DNA of 64,000 nucleotides. It comes from Eledone cirrhosa. Its lineage: Eukaryota. A program made the position numbers and the translations under genes. Position 1 is the stretch's first letter. Each line of letters starts with the position of its first letter. The notes beneath the pieces were generated by a model that saw only the letters and a list, made by a program, of their open reading frames with translations, made no database searches and was not told the origin of the DNA. Below are positions 14,866 to 29,790 of the stretch, one piece after another. The stretch is taken from contig OZ024743.1 in NCBI GenBank assembly GCA_964016885.1, positions 306,218,001 through 306,282,000 on the forward strand, read 5' to 3'.

Positions 14866-14982
14866 AGGCGGCAAATTGGCAGAGTTATTAGTACGTTCGA
14901 TAGAATGGTTTGAGTTATTCGTTTCGGCTCTCTGCTCTTTGAGTTCAAATCCTGCCAAAGTCAAATTTGCCTTTCATCCATT
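14866..14982 (+). mobile_element. SINE 5' half
   Basis: GGCGGCAAATTGGCAGAG head, GAGTTCAAATCC, TTTGCCTTTCATCC. Confidence 0.7.
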
Positions 14983-15250
14983 CTCTCACTCTCTCTAATC
15001 TTCACTAGAAAAAATCTGCTATATTCAGACATGGTGGGGAGATTGGCTCCGCCAGGTTTTAAAATGCCCCAGGAGTTAAGAAATTAAGATAAAATAAATA
15101 TATTAAACAAAACCAGTAAAAATTGGCCGGAGTAACAGTGGGGCAAAAGGTAACGTTATAGAGAAAACTATGAAGAATATGTAGATGCTGGTAAATCTGT
15201 AATGATGGATTAAGACGAAATAAAATAGGGAGATGAAGAGAGTGTGTTGA

Positions 15251-15690
15251 CTTAAACCCGTTGTTACCAAATGCCGCCTGAATATGTCCTTGGTTCTTTG
15301 ATACAAACTGTTTGGTGGTTTTTATATACACCTTCCATGATAACTTTGTTAAGCGATGTTCCAAACGCTAGCTAATTATGATAAAGTTAGATATATTACT
15401 AAATCCCTCCAAATTTTTGATTATTTTCAAAATTATTTGAAAATTATAGACAGTGTCTTTACATAAAAATATGGTAACAAAAGTGTTACAATGTTTATAT
15501 TTATCTAAAAACCTCCCATTACAATTTTAGGTAAGAACTTTTGTTAAGTTATTTTCCAAAATCCAGCAGCTTAATAATGAGAAAGTTAGTTATATTACTA
15601 AATCCCTAAAAATTCCCGATTCTTTTCAATGCTATGTAAAAATCACAGGCAGTATCTTTCCTCAGAAATATAATAACAAAAGAGTTAATG
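15251..15690. mobile_element. Two degenerate MITE-like copies with TTAACCC.TTGTTACC / GGTAACAAAAG.GTTAA ends
   Basis: 15372-15489 is repeated at 15570-15688; imperfect terminal inverted repeats with a TTAA/CCC piggyBac-like signature. Confidence 0.45.
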
Positions 15691-16866
15691 GAGATGAGGT
15701 GTAAGGTGGGTCATGTACGAGAAGTGGTGGCGAGGTGAACATTATTTTATTAGACAGTTTCTTTTCACACACCGTGCTGAAATGCAATTCAGTTGTTAGC
15801 AATTGACTTTCACACATGACACCAATTGTGTGACACAATCACACTCGGTACTACAGTAGCAGGCGGCAGTCACCTAACTTCTCTATTACTAGTAGGAATG
15901 GAAAAGTAGTATGTGTGTATGTGTGTATGTGTATATGTAGAGAGAGATAGAGAGTGAAAGAGATATACAGAGAGAGTATGATGGGGGGGGGGGGGGGGTT
16001 TAGCGTGAAAAGGGAAATACAAGAAATAAGAAAATAAGCCAAAGAAAAAACAAAACATAACAAAAAAAATACAGATAAGCTGAAAATAAAGGAAAGTTTA
16101 AATAAAGAAAAAATCATGGCAGGAAGAGCAGAAATTGTGGCATAGAAAGAAACCGTGATATAGAGACGGACTAAGAGGTTGACATATATATACTGATATA
16201 TATAAACATAGAGTCAGACACATTTACACACATATAAATACATGTAATATATATTTATATGTTATATACATATGTTTATATATAATTTCACAATAAACAC
16301 AAACATACACACACATATTTACACACGCTCACACTCACACACACACATATGTATGTATCTACCTATGTATGTATGCTTGTATGTACGTATGCATGTACGT
16401 ATGTATGTATGTTTGTATGTGTGTATGTATAGTATGTATACATGCTTGTATGTATGTTTATATGTATGTATATACGTATGTTTGTATGTATGTATATATA
16501 TGTACTTATGTTTGTATGTATGTATATATGTATGTATGTTTGTATGTATACATCTATGCATGCATGCATAAATGTATGTTTGTATGTATGTATATATGTT
16601 TATAGTGTGTCTATGTTTACAGTATGTCTATGTGCCAATGCATGTATGTGTGTATGGGTGTCTTCATATACATATGTGTGTGTATGTGTGTGTGTGTGTG
16701 TGTGTGTGCGCGCGCAAAGAAGTCAAGTATTGTGAAATAAGTAATTTAAAAATGGTGTAAAATAGAACCTTTGAAAAACATATAAAAAGCAAAAAGCAAA
16801 AAAATACACAAAACGGAAAACGAATAGTGTTGATAACTGCGTGCGTGTGGTTGTGAAATAGAGAGG

Positions 16867-18540
16867 ACACCACCTCTACCGCCACCGCCACCAACACCAC
16901 CTCCACCACCATCACCACCAACACCACCTCCACCACCATCACCACCAACACCACCATCACCAACACCACCTCCACCGCCATCACCACCTCCACCGCCACC
17001 GCCACCAACACCACCTCCACCACCATCACCACCAACACCACCTCCACCACCATCACCACCAACACCACCATCACCAACACCACCTCCACCGCCATCACCA
17101 CCTCCACCGCCAACACCACCAACACCACCAACACCACCTCCACCACCATCACCACCTCCACCGCCATCACCACCTCCACCACCACCACCACCTCCACCTC
17201 CATCACCACCTCCACCACCATCACCACCTCCACCGCCATCACCACCTCCACCACCACCACCGCCATCACCACCAACACCACCTCCACCACCAACACCACC
17301 TCCACCTCCATCACCACCTCCACCGCCATCACCACCTCCACCGCCATCACCACCAACACCACCAACACCACCTCCACCGCCACCACTACCGCCATCACCA
17401 CCAATACCGCCATCACCAACACCACCTCTACCGCCATCACCACCTCCACCGCCATCACCACCAACACCACCAACACCACCTCCACCACCATCACCACCTC
17501 CACCGCCATCACCACCTCCACCGCCATCACCACCAACACCACCAACACCACCTCCACCGCCATCACCACCTCCACCACCACCACCACTGCCATCACCACC
17601 AACACCACCATCACCAACACCACCTCCACCACCATCACCACCTCCACCGCCATCACCACCTCCACCGCCATCACCACCACCAACACCACCATCACCAACA
17701 CCACCTCCACCACCATCACCACCTCCACCGCCATCACCACCACCAACACCACCATCACCACCATCACCAACACCAACAACACCACCTCCACCGCCATCAC
17801 CACCTCCACCACCACCACCACCACCAACACCACCAACACCAACACCACCTCCATCACCACCTCCACCACCACCACCACCACCAACACCACCATCACCAAC
17901 ACCACCTCCATCACCACCTCCACCGCCATCACCACCCCCACCGCCAACACCACCAACACCAACAACACCACCTCCACCGCCATCACCACCTCCACCACCA
18001 CCACCACTGCCATCACCAACACCACCATCACCAACACCACCGCCATCACCACCTCCACCGCCATCACCACCGCCACCGCCATCACCACCAACACCACCAC
18101 AACAGCAACACCACCTCCACCGCCATCACCACCTCCACCACCACCACCACTGCCATCACCAACACCACCATCACCAACACCACCGCCATCACCACCTCCA
18201 CCGCCATCACCACCTCCACCGCCATCACCACCAACACCACCACAACAGCAACACCACCTCCACCGCCATCACCACCTCCACCACCACCACCACTGCCATC
18301 ACCAACACCACCATCACCAACACCACCGCCATCACCACCTCCACCGCCATCACCACCTCCACAGCCATCACCACCACCTCCACCGCCATCACCACCTCCA
18401 CCACCACCACCACTGCCATCACCAACACCACCATCACCAGCACCACCGCCATCACCACCTCCACCGCCATCACCACCTCCACCGCCATCACCACCTCCAC
18501 CGCCATCACCACCTCCACCGCCATCACCACCACAACAGCA
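16867..18540. repeat. Complex (CAC)n-derived minisatellite with higher-order blocks (CACCACCTCCACCGCCAT etc.)
   Basis: Direct reading; triplet phase shifts at the ACAACAGCAAC interruptions. Confidence 0.9.
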
Positions 18541-18678
18541 ACTGTCTGAAAACAAGAATCTGAAGGGAACAATATACATACATACATATACATATATGTG
18601 TGTGTGTGTGTGTACAGTATATATATATAAATACATTTATTCATATGTATATATGCACACGTACATATATATACGTAC

Positions 18679-18749
<71 letters not shown>

Positions 18750-18880
18750 CATATATATTATATATATATATATATACATATATATATACACATACATATA
18801 TATTATATATATATATATATACATACACATATATATATATGTATACATATATATATATACATATATATACATATATATAC

Positions 18881-18954
<74 letters not shown>

Positions 18955-19005
18955 ACACATACATATATATTATATATATATATATACATACACATATATA
19001 TATGT

Positions 19006-19055
<50 letters not shown>

Positions 19056-19519
19056 TGTATATGTACGTGTATATATATATATATATATATGTATATACAT
19101 AAATATACATATACATTTACATATACATATATATATATATATATATATACATACATATACATATACATATATATATATATGTATGTATGTATACACACAC
19201 ACATTCACATAAATCAACACGATATTTAAGAAAAAGATTTTTTAAAGTAAACAAAAAGAAAAACAACACCAAACAGAACAACAACAACTCCAACAACAAC
19301 ACCAACAGCCACAACAGCAGCAGCGACAGCAATAACAACAACTGTAACAACAATAAATGCGACTGTAAACTAATAGAAACATAGTACTGTTGGATTAAAT
19401 CTAACAAAGTTTATAATTGTTTTCTCACAATAGAGATTGCTGTGAAGGGAGATAATTTATTTGTTTCTTGTTTGGTGTTTTTTTTTGTTTATTTTCAATC
19501 AAATGCGTTACGTGATTGG

Positions 19520-20050
19520 AAAGATGATTGGCTTAGGATGTTGGATTCATGATCGTAAGGTTATGAGTTCGATTCAAGGCGCTGCACTGTATCCTTCAGC
19601 AAGACACCTTATTTCACGTTGCTTCAGTCCATTGTGTCCTTGAGCAAACACTTTATTCGACATTGTTCCAGTCTATTGCGTCCTTGGGCAAGACACTTTA
19701 TTTCATGTTTTCTCAATCTATTGTGTCCTTGAGCAAGACACTTTATTTCTTGTTGCTCCAGTCCATTATGTCCTTCAGCCAGACACTTTATTTTATATTG
19801 CCCCAGTCCATTATGTCCTTCAGCAAGACACTTTATTTCATATTGCTTCAGTCCAATGTGTTCTTCGGCAAGACATTTTATTTCACGTCGCTCCAGTCAG
19901 TTGTGACCTTGAGCAAGATAGTTTATTTCCACTCAGCTGGAATATATGAGTTGTACCTGTTATTCATAAGGTCCTGGATTCAAACACACTTCATGACATC
20001 TTGGACAACTGGCAATCACCATAGCTTCCGGTCAACGCATACCTTGTGAG
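19520..20050 (+). mobile_element. CORE-type SINE with ~8 tandem copies of a 45-bp core segment
   Basis: tRNA-like head (TTGGCTTAGG..GAGTTCGATTC) followed by repeated TGTGTCCTTGAGCAAGACACTTTATTTC.TGTTGCTCCAGTCCAT at 19587-19930. Confidence 0.75.
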
Positions 20051-20314
20051 TAAAAGGAGTAGAAGGAAACTGTTTAGAATTCCGTGGAAATTGTACCAGT
20101 AAATCAAGGGGTCACCCTTGTCACAGGCTGTGTTATGAAGAATCTCCCTGAGAACTACGTTAAAAGGTACACCTGTCTGTTGAATAATCAGCCACTTTCA
20201 TGTTAATTTCATGAGCAAATCAGTTCCGTTGATCGAACAACTGAAACACAATTTGTCGGAATAAACTGAAGTCCGACACACACTCACACACACATATATC
20301 ATGCATACATACAT

Positions 20315-20664
20315 GGTGGCTGCCCCCTCGTTATCGAGTATGGCCATTGCATGATATACCATTATTAATAATTATTTATTAATTCTATCGTGCAATGCCT
20401 GTGCGTGAAGATTTTTTTTAAAGTGAGGAAAGACTGTGCACTGAGCCAATCCCACTCTCTGAGCGACAGTAACTATAACCCGAAAAGAAGAAAAGATCAA
20501 CATCATCGGTAACTACAGAGCCGCAGGTTTTATATCGGAGTTATCCCAGTTTCCTGAGTTGCCTTCTCCTAGAAAAATGCCCTGTCAAAGCTAGAGGTCC
20601 TTCACTCCCAGTGGTTTAACGGCGCGATTGGGTATCCAGCCCGATTATTTCTAAGTCCCCGCCC
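20315..20664 (-). mobile_element. Diverged relative of the 543-bp non-autonomous element
   Basis: Shares the GGTGGCTGCC..CTCG..CGAGTA.GGCCA terminus next to ACAT repeats, GCCAATCCCACTCTCT and CCTTCTCCTAGA with 48446-48988. Confidence 0.65.
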
Positions 20665-20736
20665 ATATACACACACATGCACACATGCATATACATATAT
20701 ACATATATATATATATATAGATATACAAATATATAT

Positions 20737-20929
<193 letters not shown>

Positions 20930-21140
20930 GTACTTATGTATATACTTATTTACACGTTTTTGGATGACCGTTGATTCTTATGAATTCTTCCGCTTTTTGT
21001 CAGGTTTTGTTTACATATATACATACATGCATACATACATACATACATACATACATACATAGATACATACATACATACATACATACATACATACATACAT
21101 ACATACATACATACATACATACAAACATACATACATACAT

Positions 21141-22115
21141 AGTAGTCTATCTTGGACCAACAACCGCTATAGTAGCTCCCACTTTGAAGGATACGCTTTT
21201 GCAATCCAAGAACAGCAGATTAGGACGAAATACCTGATTCACAAAAGAGATAGGGATGCAGGCAAAACACCTAGATGTGATAACAAGTGCAGACTGGAGA
21301 ACTAACATCGAGGATATCACCCATGTCAGCAGCAGCTGCCCAAAGATGTCATCGCGGTACTATCTACCTATGAGGCATGATGTAGTGGCCAAAACACTGT
21401 ACAATGCAGTTCGTAAAAAAGATAGCCCCGATAATAAACACATTAAAAGCTACAACAATGTGGAAGACATCCATGTACATAATATGAAAGAGTACTGGTG
21501 GAATGTTCCAGTAAAAACCCCAATAAAATGCAGGCATAACAGACCAGATATTATGATATGGGGCAGGGAGAAGAAAACATGCACAGTAGTGGAAATTAGC
21601 TGCCCAGCAGATGCCAATATAATATCAAAGATTAGTGAAAAGGAGAATATTTATGCAGAACTGATGAGAAATCTGCAGATACTCCACCCTGATTACACCT
21701 TCAGATTTATGCCTGTGATTATTGGAGAACTGGGATATGTTAGTAACTGCCTCAATACAAATCTTGAGAAGCTAGGCTTCACAGGAACAGAAAGAACACA
21801 ACTAGTTAGGAAATTACAAGTACAATCCATTAATGGAACAGTAAAAATATGTAAAACATTCCAAATATTTTGCATCTAATAACTGCATATACACATGTAC
21901 AGATACAAAGCATATACACATGCACACATACAACTCAAAACATACACATACACATATACAATAACATCCATATCTACACATGCATGCATGCAGAGATACA
22001 TACATATCTACCTAGTTGATGTTGTGTAAATTCCAATGAGAGAGTCTTGTGTCTATGTTAGAAACCGACTCTCTCTCTATTGGTAAAACTTTGTGAAATT
22101 ATAAAACCAGAAGAA
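21141..22115 (+). mobile_element. R4/Dong-like RLE LINE family A, 5'-truncated copy inside (ACAT)n
   Basis: ORF 21256-21879 has H..SSC, YYLPMRHD, YWWN, HNRPDI, VEISCP; near-identical to 52585-53558 including the 3' UTR; (ACAT)n on both sides. Confidence 0.9.
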
Positions 22116-22316
22116 CATACATACATACATACATACATACATACATACATACATACATGCATGCATGCATGCATGCATACATACATACATACATACATAC
22201 ATACATACATACATACACACATACACACATACATACATACATACATACATACATACATACATACATACATACATACATACATACATACATACATACATAC
22301 ATACATACATACATAC

Positions 22317-23377
22317 GGATAGTAACACTGAAGCAACATCTTCAACAGAGGAAAAAGGTTGGCAATCATCTTGCCCAGGTTTATGAGCATGAAGAAAAAA
22401 ATATCATTAGGATAGCCACTGATCTGGAGGAGAGATATGGAATAAAGCCTGATATAAATCTCTCACCCAGAGAAATCGGAAGATCCTATTCAATGTTAAA
22501 ACAAGATGAAAAAATTAACCAATTTACAGAAAAAGTAGTGCATGGATACTTGAGACGTAAAATACAGACCATAGAGGGGATAAACCACTCAAAAAGTTGT
22601 GGCATGGAGTTCCGACAAGTTTATGACGTCACACCTTGAGGGATATCTCTATACAATACAAGAACAAGAACTCCCTACCAAATATCTGCTGCACAAAAGA
22701 GGAGGGCCATCAGCTGACAATAAATGTAGGCTATGTAAAACAAAGATCGAAGATGTAAGCCACATTGTTGCCAGCTGCGAAAGAATGTCATCTCGCTACT
22801 ACCTCTCCATGAGACACGATGGGATAGGTAGAACCATCTGGAACGCACTTCGGAAAACAAAATTAACAACAGACGAGGAAGAATATATTGAGACAGATGG
22901 CACTAAGGAATACTGGTGGAACCTGAAAATAAAAACTGCCACCAAATTAAAGCACAACCGGCCTGATATTGTTGTTTGGGACCACACATTGAAAACGTTT
23001 TCTGTTGTGGAGATCAGCTTCCCACTTGATGTAAACGTTGTCAGAAAAATACAGGAGAAGGAGGACATCTACGGACCATTGATGAGGAGTTTACAAATCC
23101 AGTATCCAAGATACACCTTTAGCTTCTTACCCATCATTATTGGAGCTACGGGTTATATACCAACCCGCTTGGACCAATGTATAACTGAACTTGGATTTGC
23201 AGACAAAGAGCGCAGCTCCCTAATTCATAGTCTACAAATGGCTGCGATAGCTGGCACCTTCAAAATTTGCAAAACAGTCCTGCGATTCAAGGGATGACAA
23301 TTTCATTTCTATTACAACCTTGCCACCAGGAAGGTGGCCGGGCAAAAATATACTCGAAATTAAGAGTAAGAGATAAA
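22317..23377 (+). mobile_element. R4/Dong-like RLE LINE family B, 5'-truncated copy inside (ACAT)n
   Basis: ORF 22599-23297: IQEQEL, CRLC..HIVASC zinc knuckle, RHD, HNRPDIVVWD, VEIS; (ACAT)n on both sides. Confidence 0.9.
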
Positions 23378-23714
23378 CATACATACATACATACATACAT
23401 ACATACATACATACATACATACATACATACATACATACATACATACTCATTACATGATGTAACCGTTGGCCATTTTCTTTGCATTGTGAGGGCAAATCCA
23501 TGTGGCATCGTTTTTAGGTTTCATTTTTGGAGAAGCGTTTATAACTTTTCGTTTATTTCGGTTCCAGGGTGTGATGGCGAAGTGATTGTTGAGGCAGCAA
23601 TGTGAACCCCCTTTCTTGGCCCATTCACATAGCAACAAAGAGAGAGAGAGGGGGATAGAGAGAGAGAATAAGGAGAGCCGTGAGAGGAGAGAAATCAACC
23701 CTAGTGACTGTCGA

Positions 23715-25150
23715 ATTGGCAGTATCGGTAGAGCATTTGACACCATGCTTTACAGCATAGAGTTATGGCCTTTTACACTCTGAGTTCAAATCCCTCCGAG
23801 CTTAACTTTGCCTTTCATCCTTACGCAGTCGATAAAATAAAGTACCAGTAATGTACTGGAAATTGCTGGCCTTGTGCTAAAAGTAGAAACAGTTATTTCA
23901 TTTATCGAGTCCGAAATGATGAAAGGCAAATTTGACCTCAACGGGATTCAAACTAAAGAGTGCAGAGTGTCAGACACAGTAAATTATTTTGTCTGTTGCT
24001 CTAACGACTCTGCTAATTTGACGCTTTTTGATATCATATTGATACTACAGGAAGATCACAGATACATACACACACAAATGCATACACACACGCAGACACG
24101 CACGCACACATACACATGCACACATACATACACACACACATATGCACACATGCACACACATACACACAATGAGAGACCCAGACACAGACACCGACGCACC
24201 CACACGCACACGCACTCACACGGTGAAAGAAATATAACACGCATTGATGCCTTGCGATATTTTTTGCTGGTCTTTGTGGTCTAAGTTTAAATTGAAGGAT
24301 CAATGCATAAAAATAACAGTTTTTTTTCGTGTTTTCCCTGGTTTATTTTCTTAAGTATCATTGATTTTAAACAGTTTAAAGTCAGCGTCACTAGAACTCA
24401 CAATAAAAAGGAACGTAGCTTAACATTTCAAGTCACTCAGTTCACCGTCTTACCTTTTCTTTTGCTCAGCTTTGTTTGTATTGTTAGTATTAAGGTCTTT
24501 GAAGCATTTAGTTACTTTCATTTGTGTTCTGAGTTCAAATATTGCCGAGGTCAACTTTGCCTTTCATCCTTACGGGGTCGATAAAATAAAGTACCAGTAA
24601 TGTACTAGGGTATATTTAATCGACTTTCCCCTACCTTCAAAATTGTTCCAATATGAAGGACGATGGATTGGCAGAATAGTTATAACGTGGGGAAAATGCT
24701 TTGTGGTATTGTTCAAAATCTTTACGTTCTGATTTCGAATCCCGCCGAGGGTAGCTTTGCATTGTTGACTTTGTGCCTAAATCAGAAACCTCTATTTAGT
24801 TCATTGTAGCAGTTAGTTGCGAACCTTTATATTCTGGGTTCGAATATAGCAGAGCTCAACTTTGCCTTTCATCCTTACGTGGACTATAAAATAAAATACC
24901 AGTAATGCACTGGGGTCGATTTAATCGACTTACCCTTTCCTCCAAAATTGTTCGACTTGAGCCTAAAGCAGAAACCATTATGAAGATCTTTGTAGCATTT
25001 ATATATGGCCTTTTATGTTCTGTCCAGGTAAACTTTTCCTTTCATCTTTCTGGGTCGATACGATATTATACCAATCAAACACTGGCGTCGATTTAATCAA
25101 CTTTCTCCACCCCCTAAATTATGGGCCTTGTGCCTAAATAAGAAACCATT
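23715..25150 (+). mobile_element. Cluster of about six copies/fragments of the abundant SINE (one on minus near 23905-24020)
   Basis: Repeated central domain near 23780, 24530, 24730, 24835 and 25030. Confidence 0.75.
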
Positions 25151-25862
25151 GTTAATATTAAGATAAAAGTTGAGGTGAATTGGCAAAAATCGTTAAAACG
25201 TCGGATGAAATACTTTGAAGAATTTAGATACGACTCATTACATGTTATGTTCAAACGGTACCTGTAATTCAAACGGTCAGCCTTGCTACACTGTGTCACG
25301 CTAAATCTCACTTACAACAAGATCAAAGGGTTACACGTGTCTGTTGGTAGAATGCTCAGCCACCTACACGTTGATTCCATGAGTGGGCTGTTTCGTTGTT
25401 CAAACAACTGGAACGTTCGCCGTCAGAACGGAAGGAGGTATAACACACACACATACATACAGACACAGATATAAACATACACACTCTCATGCATGCACAC
25501 GTACACACACACATATACACATACACACACATATATATACATATACACACACATATACACACACAATAACAAAATATAAACCAAGCAATAACAAAACAGT
25601 TTATTGCGTCTGTTGTCCTTTTACATTGTTTCTCAAAAATACCAGGAGCCTCCACCAACCCTTTAGCTCTACTAAAACCACCACCATCACTATCAGCACT
25701 ATCACCCCTACCACGATCACCACCAACAACAACAATACCCCAAACATATTCATCATTACTATCATCACCATCATCATCGTGATAACTAACAAACAATAGC
25801 AACACCAAAACAACAATAAGAAGCATTATGAAACTAAAATAAAACCTCCAGAGAAAGTGGGC

Positions 25863-25893
<31 letters not shown>

Positions 25894-25901
25894 GTGTATA
25901 C

Positions 25902-25934
<33 letters not shown>

Positions 25935-25984
25935 AGTGTGAATATATACATATATGTACATATGTATATGTATACATATATGTG

Positions 25985-26079
<95 letters not shown>

Positions 26080-26160
26080 GTGTATATATACATACATATA
26101 TGTATATATGTATTTATATATAAATATATGTATGTATATGTGTCTATAAATATATGTGTG

Positions 26161-26241
<81 letters not shown>

Positions 26242-26650
26242 GGGGCGCCATCATTGCACCATTGCACAGAAGTAATAAATGTATCATCTATTTTACATCA
26301 GAGGTCATTTGACCGGTACACTTCCATCTGGCCCTCCCCCGTAGGGAACAAAAACCCAGTCATTCACTGGCACGTACTCCCATACATAGAGGAGCGTATA
26401 TACGTATATATGTAGAGGATTCTGCCCATCACTAAATAGTACATACAGAGTGGAGCGCAGTTCGTTAGAACTGACATATATATCAATAGATAGATAGTTG
26501 GAGATATAAATATATATGTGTATATATATATATATAGAGAGAGAGAGAGGGGGGGAGCAGATAGATAGGGTGAGAGATACGTAGATAGATAGATAAGCAT
26601 CGATAGATAAATTGATAGACAGACAGACAAATGGATACATACATATATAT

Positions 26651-26712
<62 letters not shown>

Positions 26713-26879
26713 AGTGTGTGTGTGTAGCTGTATGCACATATATATACAACACGAATACGAAAATACATACATATATACTACATACATGCATTCCTACGTA
26801 CATTTATACATTCATACATACATACATGCATACATACATACTTACATACATACATATAATTACATACATACATACATAC

Positions 26880-26910
<31 letters not shown>

Positions 26911-27440
26911 CATGCATACATACATACTTACATACATACATACATACTTACATACATACATATATACATGCATACATAAATACATGCATACATGCATACA
27001 TACATACTTACATACATACTTACATACATATATACATACATACGCACATACGTATCTATCTGACTATCATAGATGTACATGATTGATATTTATCTATGCT
27101 AGACAGATAAATATCTACAATAATTATCTAGATAGATCGATAAATAGATACGATAAAGGTAAAGTGAAACAGCCATCAGCCACTCATATCAAAAGTTACA
27201 CACACCCACACATACATATATACAGAACAAACATGCATATAGAGACACATACACACCAACACTCTCACACATAATACGTACATCACATACACACCAACAC
27301 TCTCACACATAATACGTACATCACATACACACACACACACACAACACAGACACACAGCTACATGTTCACATACACAAAACACATGCTTACAAGGATGGAT
27401 ACACCTACACTCTCACACACATAATACTTACATCACACAG

Positions 27441-27870
<430 letters not shown>

Positions 27871-28003
27871 GTATGTATATATATATATATATAATATATT
27901 ATATATATATAAATATATATAGGAAATTACCCACTCTACTACCCTAAGTGTTGAGTACTTTGGTGCGTTATGGTACATCTGGTTCCTTACCACACTTCCT
28001 TCG

Positions 28004-28071
<68 letters not shown>

Positions 28072-28093
28072 AAAAATTGAACGGGAACAAAAC

Positions 28094-28157
<64 letters not shown>

Positions 28158-28285
28158 TTACATATTTATATATATATTTACATATACATATATATATATA
28201 TATTTATATTTATATATGTATATATATATATATTTATATATTTACACACTCACACACACATATTTATATATATATACATAATATA

Positions 28286-28321
<36 letters not shown>

Positions 28322-28348
28322 CATATATATAAATATACATATATATGT

Positions 28349-28405
<57 letters not shown>

Positions 28406-28734
28406 CAAACACACAGACACACACATACATTACACACATGCTTATATAGTCACACACACCTACACCCCCACACACAATATGTACACCACACATACACACA
28501 TACCATCGACTAGTAAATATCTTCCGCTTTTACTGCTGGGAATCCATCTACATCTATTTCACATCTTGTTAATTAACTCAGTATTAAAGGTTTTATATGT
28601 CTACTCCTCATGGTTATTATTATTGCTGTTGCTCTTGTTGTACTCTTGTTTTTATGCTATTTTTATGTTGTTATTGTTGTTATTATTGTTTGTTAATACG
28701 TTTGAATTGTTGTTGTTGTTTTTGTTGTTGTATT

Positions 28735-29790
28735 GGTGGTGGACGTGATGGTTGTGGTGGTGGTGGTGGTGGTTGTAGTGGTGGTGGTGGTGGTCGTCGT
28801 CGTCGTGGTGGTGGTTGTGGTTGTGGTGGTGGTGGTGGTCGTCGTCGTCGTCGTGGTTGTGGTGGTGGTGGTGGTGGTGGTGGTAGTGGTGGTAGTGGTA
28901 GTGGTGGTGGTGGTTGTGGTGGTGGTGGTGGTGGTGGTGGTGGTGGTGGTTGTGGTTGTGGTGGTGGTGGTGGTGGTGGTGGTGGTGGTTGTGGTTGTGG
29001 TGGTGGTGGTGGTGGTTGTGGTGGTGGTGGTGGTGGTGGTTGTGGTTGTGGTGGTGGTAGTCGTCGTAGTGGTGGTGGTCGTGATGGTGGTGGTCGTGGT
29101 GGTGGTTGTGGTGGTTGTGGTGGTGGTTGTAGTGGTGGTGGTGGTGGTGGTCGTCGTCGTCGTGGTGGTTGTGGTTGTGGTGGTGGTCGTCGTCGTCGTC
29201 GTGGTTGTGGTGGTGGTGGTGGTGGTAGTGGTGGTAGTGGTAGTGGTGGTGGTGGTGGTGGTGGTGGTGGTGGTGGTGGTGGTGGTTGTGGTGGTGGTGG
29301 TGGTGGTGGTGGTGGTGGTGGTGGTGGTTGTGGTGGTGGTGGTAGTCGTCGTAGTGGTGGTGGTCGTGATGGTGGTGGTCGTGGTGGTGGTTGTGGTGGT
29401 TGTGGTGGTAGTGGTGTTGGTGGTGGTGGTTGTGGTTGTGGTGGTGGTAGTCGTCGTAGTTGTGGTGGTGGTCGTGGTGGTGGTCGTGGTGGTGGTGGTC
29501 GTGGTGGTGGTGGTGGTGGTGGTGGTTGTAGTGGTGGTAGTGGTGGTGGTGGTGGTGGTGGTGGTGGTGGTGGTGGTGGTGGTGGTGGTGGTGGTGGTGG
29601 TTGTAGTCGTCGTCGTCGCCGTCGTCGTGGTGGTTGTGGTGGGGGTGGTGGTGGTGGTGGTGGTGGTTGTAGTGGTGGTGGTGGTCGTCGTCGTCCTCGT
29701 CGCCGTCGTCGTCGTCGTCGTGGTCGTGGTGGTCGTGGTGGTGGTTGTGGTCGTGGTGGTCGTGGTGGTGGTTGTGGTGGTAGTGGAGTT
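28735..29790. repeat. (GGT)n microsatellite with NGT variants (CGT/TGT/AGT) and an internal block duplication
   Basis: Direct reading; one frame is almost pure Val. Confidence 0.9.

Noticed and set aside
16664-18636. Possible Gly-rich exon on minus after a TTTTCAG acceptor-like site
   Set aside because: The Gly frame is broken by phase shifts at the ACAACAGCAAC interruptions; behaves as a minisatellite.
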